A stretch of 18,418 bases of DNA from a virus (Duplodnaviria; Heunggongvirae; Uroviricota; Caudoviricetes), in the IMG/VR virus record IMGVR_UViG_3300031884_000008; one strand, given 5' to 3'. The notes beneath the pieces are model-generated. The model ran no database searches. It was given only the letters and a program-made list of their open reading frames with translations, and had not been told where the DNA came from. Position 1 is the first letter of the stretch. Every line of letters begins with the position of its first letter. Positions 7,171 to 13,889 of this stretch are shown in pieces. The position numbers and the translations under genes are program-made.

Positions 7171-8312
7171 GTGACCTCAGGGCCTTAATAGATAAACTGG
7201 AATCCATCAACACCGTAGTTGTTGAAGGCAAAGGTCATTTGGATCATCCTGAAGATTTAGTTTTTTTAGGGGATGAGGAAGGTGCAAAACGCGCAATATC
7301 TGCAATAGAAGCAACTGTAAATCAACCAAACTCTATAACTATCAAATGGGACGGGTATCCTGCGCTTATATTCGGTCGAGGATCTGATGGAAAATTCTCC
7401 ATCATGGATAAGCACATGTTTAATAAAAAGGACGGCACTGGTAGAGCAGTATACAGTCCTGAACAATTTATGGAATATGATCGGGCCAGAGGAGTAGACA
7501 GAGGAAATCTATACCATCTGATTGGTACTATTTGGTCTGGTTTGGAAAAAGATGATCGCGGTGGAAATGGTTACTACTGGGGTGATCTTTTATTTAGCAG
7601 TCCACTTAAGGATGAAAATGGGGTATTCAAGTTTAGAGCCAATCCTAATGGAATTGCATATACAGTAGATGTAAACAGCGACGTTGGTAAACTACTAGCA
7701 GGAAAAGCCGCTGGTATTGCTGTCCACCAGTTTATACCGGCTCAGTCGGCGTCAACTGATGAGGCTGTTTCATTGAACGGATCATTGGGTAATCTACAAA
7801 ATGCTTCTAATGTAGCTATAGTACCTAGTAAGATGCCGATTACACCTAAATTAAAAATGCCAGCTAGACTCAAGAACGTAGCAGAAAGAGAACTACAGCA
7901 GTATGGACCATCAATCAAAGATTTGATGAATACTGCCCCTCAGGCTAGAAATACATTCAATCAACTTTTTACAGTTTACATCAACAAGAAAATTGTGTCA
8001 GGTAGTCTTACTAATTTAATAAAAGACTTTTTAGAGTATGTAAAAGCTAGACCTATGTCCGACGCCATGAAGCAAAAAATTCTAGAACATCTAGAAGTAA
8101 ACAAAGAAGGCCTAGTAGGTGCCTTCAAAGTTTGGATATCATTGTACAATCTTAAAATGAATGTAGTGAAACAATTAGACGCATCAGCTACACATAGTCC
8201 CGTAAAGGGATATTTGCAGGATGGATCACAGACACATGAGGGTTTCGTCGCACAAGGTCTTAAGTTTGTTGATCGTATGGGATTTTCTCGTCAAAATCTT
8301 CAAGGCCGATAA
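7167..8312 (+). CDS. conserved phage protein with ATP-dependent ligase-like nucleotidyltransferase motifs (recalled resemblance to DUF6267-type proteins)
   Basis: TIKWDG (motif I KxDG, Lys at 7344-7346), WGDLLF (motif III-like), HEGFV (motif IV), LKFVDRMGFS (motif V-like); N-terminal GHLDHPED. No C-terminal OB domain. Confidence 0.6.
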   Translation: MSDLRALIDKLESINTVVVEGKGHLDHPEDLVFLGDEEGAKRAISAIEATVNQPNSITIKWDGYPALIFGRGSDGKFSIMDKHMFNKKDGTGRAVYSPEQFMEYDRARGVDRGNLYHLIGTIWSGLEKDDRGGNGYYWGDLLFSSPLKDENGVFKFRANPNGIAYTVDVNSDVGKLLAGKAAGIAVHQFIPAQSASTDEAVSLNGSLGNLQNASNVAIVPSKMPITPKLKMPARLKNVAERELQQYGPSIKDLMNTAPQARNTFNQLFTVYINKKIVSGSLTNLIKDFLEYVKARPMSDAMKQKILEHLEVNKEGLVGAFKVWISLYNLKMNVVKQLDASATHSPVKGYLQDGSQTHEGFVAQGLKFVDRMGFSRQNLQGR

Positions 8313-8341
8313 CCCAAAACCGACTTTTTTGTTGCCAGGCA

Positions 8342-8347
8342 TAAATA
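8342..8347 (+). promoter_or_regulatory. putative late promoter (TAAATA)
   Basis: Intergenic TAAATA upstream of AGGA (8381-8384) and ATG 8394. Confidence 0.6.
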
Positions 8348-8393
8348 TTAATATGGAACAGCAGGTTCCAAATATTAATAAGGATCCATCAAG

Positions 8394-8777
8394 ATGGCAC
8401 AATTTACAAAGACACATGGTGATTTTCAACCAGTACTACACATTGACTCACCAGCATATACAACTGGCGCTCTTAACGCTGTAACTTCAGGCGTAGCTGT
8501 ACAACCACAGGGCCCAAAGCTTGACTACTTCACTTCTACTGCTACTGGCCACTTGACTGGCGCCCAAGTTCTAACCATTGTTCAGACTCTTGAGCAACTT
8601 GCAACAGTACACATCTATCAGTTCACAACTGGTGGCTCAAACGACACCTTCGCTGCTGCTCTTTACCCAGCATCAGCTTGGACTGCTTCTGCAATCGACA
8701 CTGCTCTAACCGCAGCTGGCGTAACTGGTACAACTACTGCAACCGGCGCAACTTTCGTTGCTGGTTCAGACCTCTAA
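8394..8777 (+). CDS. small Ala/Thr-rich protein, probable abundant virion component
   Basis: Flanked by its own late motif and terminator; codons visibly skewed to GCT/ACT/TTC/GAC; almost no charged residues. Confidence 0.7.
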   Translation: MAQFTKTHGDFQPVLHIDSPAYTTGALNAVTSGVAVQPQGPKLDYFTSTATGHLTGAQVLTIVQTLEQLATVHIYQFTTGGSNDTFAAALYPASAWTASAIDTALTAAGVTGTTTATGATFVAGSDL

Positions 8778-8802
8778 TATAAAAAGTTATTATTAACTAA
8801 CG

Positions 8803-8835
8803 AAGCCCGGAAATAATATTATTTCCGGGCTTTTT
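8803..8835 (+). terminator. Rho-independent terminator
   Basis: AAGCCCGGAAATAAT|ATTATTTCCGGGCTT (8803-8832) is a perfect inverted repeat ending in a T5 run (8831-8835), 25 nt after the 8777 stop. Confidence 0.85.
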
Positions 8836-8842
8836 GTTGCTC

Positions 8843-8848
8843 TAAATA
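8843..8848 (+). promoter_or_regulatory. putative late promoter (TAAATA)
   Basis: Directly after the terminator and 5 nt before ATG 8854. Confidence 0.6.
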
Positions 8849-8853
8849 ACACT

Positions 8854-9294
8854 ATGCATAGAATTCGGTGCTATACGTTATTTGACATCACCCAAACTGG
8901 AGTGATGAATCGTTCTAGACCGAATGTGGATGACATTGACGGTTGGCTACGTAAACGTAATACACAATGCAATTTCGATACAGTACTTCAGATTATATCT
9001 TTAAGATCGCAGCCTGAGGTAACTAAATTACCTACTAAAATAGAAATGAGTGAATCTGAATTTGAAAAATTTGGGTTTGCATATGAGATGCAAGATAAAT
9101 TTAGTTACTGCTGGAGTTTCGAGTTTGAGATTCAACACACTAGCGTATTTGAAAATGGAATTGTACCGTTGGGATCATTGTACAGCGATTGTGACGGAGT
9201 ACCGATGATAGTTTGCGGAGAACAGAATGTTCCCACTTCATCCTTTTTAAATACTACAGTAGAGTTAAAAAATATCTATTTTGAGATAATGTAA
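8854..9294 (+). CDS. hypothetical protein, 146 aa
   Basis: ATG-started ORF with globular alpha/beta composition; no recognised motif. Confidence 0.75.
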   Translation: MHRIRCYTLFDITQTGVMNRSRPNVDDIDGWLRKRNTQCNFDTVLQIISLRSQPEVTKLPTKIEMSESEFEKFGFAYEMQDKFSYCWSFEFEIQHTSVFENGIVPLGSLYSDCDGVPMIVCGEQNVPTSSFLNTTVELKNIYFEIM

Positions 9295-9295
9295 T

Positions 9296-9784
9296 ATGAA
9301 AAATGTGGTAAAACTAGCTAAATTTTTTGACGAAGAATTGAATTCTAACCTCAGTGAAGTGTTAGTTACTAAATACCAATTTGGAGAATATGGTCTATTT
9401 GGTAAATATTTAGTTAAACTCACACCTGCAGGTTGGTATAAAGTAGTTGTATTAAAAAATAAAGACGCCCATGAGTTTACTACACTAAGAAATGCTGTTA
9501 CCTGGTGTACATTGCAGCATGCTGATTTGGGAAAACAAGCAAGAAGGTTACAACAACTAGATGCAAAACTTAGTAGCTTGCAAGTAGAGATTACTCTACA
9601 TAAAAATATGAGCAGAACATCAACCAATGTTTACACTAAACAAATGTATAGAATGAAGTTACAGGAAGACACCTTTCAGAAAAAACAAGTAGTCAATGAA
9701 GTCAATTCTTTCATAAATAGTTCTATGATGATTCAGGCTCGTAAGTTTGACAAGTCAAAAGAACGTAAATTTACATACCGATGA
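9296..9784 (+). CDS. hypothetical protein with coiled-coil C-terminal half, 162 aa
   Basis: Starts 1 nt after the previous stop; ARRLQQLDAKLSSLQVEITLH heptad-like segment. Confidence 0.72.
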   Translation: MKNVVKLAKFFDEELNSNLSEVLVTKYQFGEYGLFGKYLVKLTPAGWYKVVVLKNKDAHEFTTLRNAVTWCTLQHADLGKQARRLQQLDAKLSSLQVEITLHKNMSRTSTNVYTKQMYRMKLQEDTFQKKQVVNEVNSFINSSMMIQARKFDKSKERKFTYR

Positions 9785-9790
9785 TAAATA
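9785..9790 (+). promoter_or_regulatory. putative late promoter (TAAATA)
   Basis: TAAATA immediately after the 9784 stop; AGGA at 9802-9805 and ATG 9816 follow. Confidence 0.6.
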
Positions 9791-9815
9791 TTACAATCAA
9801 CAGGAAGATTAACTT

Positions 9816-10523
9816 ATGAAACTTAACGATTTAGACAAGAATAACGTTGCTGAAAGAGCACTTAAGGAATCCTTTTCTATGAATTTTGACGTATCGAACT
9901 TAGACCGCGCAAAAACCCGTGCTATGTTAAAGAAGGTTACTGGTCTGATCAACGAATCAAGACGATCACCTAATTTTCATAAAGCACAGAACAATCCAAC
10001 TTATTTGAAGTTGAAGTTTATGGAGCAGGCTCTAACTCAGCATTTACCTTATGCTAAGTCTCCTCGCATCGTATTTGAAAATGAAGAAGTAGAGAAGTCA
10101 CAGGTCATTCTTGCTGCACAAGATATGGTTGACACTGTACAAAAGTACTATGAAGATGTCAATGATATGCTTGTTAAGGAACTTCCGGCACTGGTCGATT
10201 CGATTCAATCAGAAATTGGTGTCAACGAAAGCACACAATTCAATCAGCAAGTGTCCGAAGCACTTACTACTCTCAATAGCACTCTACAAGAAACAAAGGC
10301 TGCGCTTCAAGGTGCGCTAGGCACACTCACTGGTCAAGGCGGCGAAGATGCATTTGCAACCAACGAACCTGAGCTTGGAGCTGACATGGGTGCAGAGTTA
10401 GGAGCCGACTTAGGTGGCGAACTTGGTGACGAAGAAGATTTAGATATGGATCTCTCTGAACCAAAGTCTGATGAGGAAGAACTTCCACCTAGATTCAGCG
10501 GTGCAGGCCGCCCAAAGCGATAA
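9816..10523 (+). CDS. acidic helical protein, candidate prohead core/scaffold protein
   Basis: Long helical central region, very acidic tail with ELGADMGAELGADLGGELGD microrepeats, basic terminus GRPKR, several (L/I/V/F)xE sites. Confidence 0.65.
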   Translation: MKLNDLDKNNVAERALKESFSMNFDVSNLDRAKTRAMLKKVTGLINESRRSPNFHKAQNNPTYLKLKFMEQALTQHLPYAKSPRIVFENEEVEKSQVILAAQDMVDTVQKYYEDVNDMLVKELPALVDSIQSEIGVNESTQFNQQVSEALTTLNSTLQETKAALQGALGTLTGQGGEDAFATNEPELGADMGAELGADLGGELGDEEDLDMDLSEPKSDEEELPPRFSGAGRPKR

Positions 10524-10527
10524 TTTA

Positions 10528-10884
10528 ATGTTTCTTTTTGAATTCGATCAGGATAGCGCACAAGTCGCAAAAATTGTTGCGCTAACCAATCAATTGAAAG
10601 ATGATGTAGAAAACGGCGAAGTTGATAGTGACAATTTTACCGTTGATGAATTGCTGGATTACTTTCAACAATATGACGTTATTCTAGATGTTAACGATTT
10701 ATACAACATGATTAAGGTCGCGCCGCTCAAAACACTTGTTAAGAACATTCAAGGTGATAAAGTAGTCTTTAAAGGACAAGAAGATGATTCTGCTGAGACA
10801 AAAGCACCAGAAGATGAAAACAAAAAGATAGTATCTAAAATGGCCAATTCTGCGCTATCTAATCTTAAGTCAGCCAATAAATGA
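10528..10884 (+). CDS. acidic hypothetical protein, 118 aa
   Basis: ATG 10528 (4 nt after the previous stop) is preferred to 10471, which would overlap the upstream gene; starts MFLFEF. Confidence 0.72.
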   Translation: MFLFEFDQDSAQVAKIVALTNQLKDDVENGEVDSDNFTVDELLDYFQQYDVILDVNDLYNMIKVAPLKTLVKNIQGDKVVFKGQEDDSAETKAPEDENKKIVSKMANSALSNLKSANK

Positions 10885-10897
10885 TAGCCCAATACCA

Positions 10898-10925
10898 TTG
10901 ATTTGATTATACATTACTGTATACT
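10898..10925 (+). promoter_or_regulatory. sigma70-type promoter for the exonuclease gene
   Basis: TTGATT (10898-10903), 16-nt spacer, TATACT (10920-10925). ATG begins 7 nt after the -10. Confidence 0.6.
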
Positions 10926-10931
10926 GTACAG

Positions 10932-11618
10932 ATGGCTATAACTAATAAATTCCCTTATACAGACCTACAAAGAGTAAATGTTGACGGATCAAGAAGATAC
11001 GTAACTCCTGATGGTAACAAACTACCTTCTGTAACGACTATACTCGATGCTACAAAATCAGAAGATTCGAAAAAAGCACTTCAAAATTGGCGAAATCGTG
11101 TAGGTCATGCCAAAGCTCAGGAAATCACCACTGAGGCAGCGGGTAGAGGTACTCGTATGCACAAGTGGATCGAAAACTACATTAAGTTAGATGCTACTGG
11201 TGATCCAGGTACTAATCCATACAGCACACAAAGTCATGCTATGGCACAGAGCATTATTTCTCAGGGACTAGTCAATTGCACTGAATATTGGGGAACCGAA
11301 GTAGGTTTGTATTTTCCTGAAATCTATGCAGGCACGACAGATTTGGTCGGAGTTCATGCAGGTGATGAAGCGGTTATGGACCACAAACAAACAAATAAAC
11401 CTAAAAAGCGCGAATGGATTGACGACTATTTCGTGCAAACCACTGCATATGCTAATGCTCATAACGAAGTTTGGGGAACCAAAATTCGAAAGGGTGTTAT
11501 TTTTATGTGTTCTGCTGACGTGATCTATCAAGAATTCATAATTGAAGGAAATGAGTTTGATCGTTATGCTGACTTGTGGTGGAAACGAGTAGAACAGTAC
11601 TACACTAAATTCCTTTAG
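10932..11618 (+). CDS. PD-(D/E)XK exonuclease (RecB/Cas4/YqaJ-like phage nuclease)
   Basis: LPSVTTIL, GRGTRMHKWIE, TEVGLY, AGTTDL, VMDHKQT: the usual phage PD-(D/E)XK motif series. Confidence 0.85.
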   Translation: MAITNKFPYTDLQRVNVDGSRRYVTPDGNKLPSVTTILDATKSEDSKKALQNWRNRVGHAKAQEITTEAAGRGTRMHKWIENYIKLDATGDPGTNPYSTQSHAMAQSIISQGLVNCTEYWGTEVGLYFPEIYAGTTDLVGVHAGDEAVMDHKQTNKPKKREWIDDYFVQTTAYANAHNEVWGTKIRKGVIFMCSADVIYQEFIIEGNEFDRYADLWWKRVEQYYTKFL

Positions 11619-11640
11619 CGGAATTCTAATATGTAAAGAC

Positions 11641-11646
11641 TAAATA
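11641..11646 (+). promoter_or_regulatory. putative late promoter (TAAATA)
   Basis: Intergenic TAAATA 32 nt before ATG 11679. Confidence 0.6.
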
Positions 11647-11678
11647 AGAGTATATACCAGTTGGGTGAAAATACTCTT

Positions 11679-13778
11679 ATGTCGATTTTACAAATTTCAA
11701 AACTTCAAGTTCGTACAGGTAACCTAGTTGATCTACCGCAACTAGATGAAGGTGAATTTGGTTGGGCCACAGATAATAAACGTTTGTTTGTAGGTAAAAC
11801 TACTCCTAACGAAAACATTGAAGTTCTTACTGGCTATTCGAAAATAGCCTTCAGTCAAATTGATGGCGTGGTTGGGAACCTTTTAATTACTTCTCCAACT
11901 GCTGGACAGGTACTAGCGTACAATGGAAGTAGTTGGGTAAACACAGGTGGGTCTTCTGGTGGCACTTTAAATTTTGGTAGTATATCAAATGTAAAAATTA
12001 CCGGCGGAGCTATTGGTTATGTGTTAAGCACTGATGGTTTAGGTAATCTTTCTTGGACACCAAAAGGTTCACTTTATACCAACATCGTGGCTCTAAGCAA
12101 TGATACTCCTGTTGTCATGACAGTAGCAAATACTACTCCATACACAAATGACTTGCAGGTTACTATTAGTGGTGTTAACGGTGTTGCTAATGCCAATGTT
12201 AATGGTAACACATTTTATGTTAAGCTTGCGAGTGATTTCCCTTCGTCTGGTAACGTATCCTTGTATACTGATGCAGGTTTAACTACTGGAGTTAATGGAA
12301 CTGGATTAACTTACACCAATTCTCCCAACGCTATTGCAACTGCTATTATTTCTTCGGGTAGCGGAACCGCAGCAGCTGGCGGTTCAAACACTTCAATTCA
12401 ATATAATGCCAGCAGCGTGATAACTGGAGATGCAAACTTAGTTTATGATTACACAGGTAAGGTTTTATCTCTTAATGGTGACGCAAACGTAGGTAATCTC
12501 AACTCCAACGGTATTGTTACATCTACTAGATTTGTGTCAAATGTAACTACCGGAACTGCACCATTTACAGTTACATCGACTACTCAAGTAGCAAACTTAA
12601 ATTCTGCAACCGCAGGTACCGCAGGTACGGTAACAACTAACGCACAACCAAATATCACATCAGTTGGTACACTAACATCATTAACAGTTACTGGAAACAT
12701 AAGTGGTGCAAATATAATTGGAAACCATTATGGTGCCGGCAACAACCTATCTAACATTCAAGGTGCAAACGTATCGGGTGCAGTCGCATACGCAACTACA
12801 GCAAACGCAGTGGCAGGCGCCAATGTTTCAGGCGCGGTAGGTCTAGCCACATATGCTACGACAGCAAACGCAGTGGCAGGCGGCAATGTTTCTGGTACAG
12901 TTTCTTCTGCAACTAGTGCTACGAATGCAGCCGCAGTCCTTAATAATTCAGCATCAACTGGTACTTATTATATTCCATTCATCTCGTCTACTGCGAATGG
13001 CAATTATACACACGCATCAAATGCCAACTTCTTCGCTAACCTAGCTAATGGATACATCACTGCTACTGGTTTTGTAGGAACACTTAGTGGTTCTGCTACA
13101 TCTGCAACTACAGCAGGTACAGTGACAACTAATGCACAACCAAACATCACATCAGTTGGTACGCTGTCCGCAGTCTCCGTTACTGCAAACGTAACAACGG
13201 GCGGAATTAAGACTGATAATTATTATTATGCCAATGGCGTAGCAATTAGTTTTGATGGCGCATATAGCAACTCAAACGTCGCCTCATATTTGCCTACGTA
13301 TACCGGAACGGTAGGAGCAACCGCGCTTACTACTGGAGCAAACACAACTGCCGGAACAATCACAGGTAATTGGTCCCTGTCTAGCGGATCAAAACTACAA
13401 TCAACTTACGCTGACTTAGCAGAATACTATACCGCTGATATTAGCACATATGAACCCGGCACCGTATTACAGTTTGGGGGAACAGCAGAAGTAACTGTAG
13501 CCTCCCCCGAAACAAGTAGGGTCGCGGGAGTAGTTTCTACTAATCCTGCATTTGCCATGCATGAAATATGTGCAGCACCTGCGGTTCCAATTGCACTACA
13601 AGGACGTGTGCCATGTAAAGTTACGGGTTCTATTAGAAAAGGTGACATGCTAGTAAGTGCGGGATATGGACGCGCAATGGCGTCATCTTCTCCGTCTATG
13701 GGCACAGTTATAGGTAAGTCTCTAGAAGACTTCGACGGTCTCTTCGGTGTGATCGAAGTAGCAGTAGGTAGACTATAA
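11679..13778 (+). CDS. tail fibre / receptor-binding protein with C-terminal autoproteolytic chaperone-like domain
   Basis: N-terminal ISKLQVRTG..DLPQLDEGEFGWATDNKRLFVG (Mtd N-terminal-like anchor), Gly/Thr/Asn/Ala-rich repetitive shaft, C-terminal STYADLAEYY...RVAGVVSTNPA...IALQGRVPCKV...KGDMLVS...VIGKSLE (peptidase G2/IMC-like). ATG 11679 preferred to TTG 11661. Confidence 0.8.
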   Translation: MSILQISKLQVRTGNLVDLPQLDEGEFGWATDNKRLFVGKTTPNENIEVLTGYSKIAFSQIDGVVGNLLITSPTAGQVLAYNGSSWVNTGGSSGGTLNFGSISNVKITGGAIGYVLSTDGLGNLSWTPKGSLYTNIVALSNDTPVVMTVANTTPYTNDLQVTISGVNGVANANVNGNTFYVKLASDFPSSGNVSLYTDAGLTTGVNGTGLTYTNSPNAIATAIISSGSGTAAAGGSNTSIQYNASSVITGDANLVYDYTGKVLSLNGDANVGNLNSNGIVTSTRFVSNVTTGTAPFTVTSTTQVANLNSATAGTAGTVTTNAQPNITSVGTLTSLTVTGNISGANIIGNHYGAGNNLSNIQGANVSGAVAYATTANAVAGANVSGAVGLATYATTANAVAGGNVSGTVSSATSATNAAAVLNNSASTGTYYIPFISSTANGNYTHASNANFFANLANGYITATGFVGTLSGSATSATTAGTVTTNAQPNITSVGTLSAVSVTANVTTGGIKTDNYYYANGVAISFDGAYSNSNVASYLPTYTGTVGATALTTGANTTAGTITGNWSLSSGSKLQSTYADLAEYYTADISTYEPGTVLQFGGTAEVTVASPETSRVAGVVSTNPAFAMHEICAAPAVPIALQGRVPCKVTGSIRKGDMLVSAGYGRAMASSSPSMGTVIGKSLEDFDGLFGVIEVAVGRL
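12621..13166 (+). repeat. internal repeats of the tail fibre
   Basis: AGTVTTNAQPNITSVGTL occurs at 12621-12674 and 13113-13166, differing only at synonymous third positions. A 32-nt block (TANAVAG(A/G)NVS) occurs at 12798-12829 and 12861-12892 with one mismatch. Confidence 0.9.
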
Positions 13779-13804
13779 CATCTCCTATTTTTTTAACCTT
13801 ATGA

Positions 13805-13810
13805 TAAATA
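13805..13810 (+). promoter_or_regulatory. putative late promoter (TAAATA)
   Basis: Intergenic TAAATA followed by a 79-nt leader, SD AAGGAG and ATG 13890. Confidence 0.6.
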
Positions 13811-13820
13811 TAGAAAGAAC

Positions 13821-13871
13821 ACTCTGTTGAGAGTTTACGCGGTTACCCACCGCGTAGTGGCTAGAACCCAC
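13821..13871 (+). promoter_or_regulatory. structured 5' leader (tandem hairpins)
   Basis: ACTCT/AGAGT (13821-13834), TACGCGGT/ACCGCGTA (13836-13856) and GTGG/CCAC (13857-13871). Confidence 0.5.
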
Positions 13872-13889
13872 ACATAAAGGAGAAAACAA

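Noticed and set aside
10932-11618. Exonuclease as evidence for a CRISPR-Cas locus (Cas4)
   Set aside because: No cas1/cas2 or array, and the Fe-S cysteine cluster of Cas4 is not evident; such nucleases are common solo genes in large phages.
11661-11678. TTG 11661 as tail-fibre start
   Set aside because: Only 14 nt after TAAATA with no SD; conserved-looking sequence begins at ATG 11679.
12621-13166. 54-nt repeat pair in an Mtd-like fibre as a DGR template/variable repeat
   Set aside because: All differences are synonymous third-position changes including C/T, not adenine-specific; both copies are mid-gene; no reverse transcriptase in the window.
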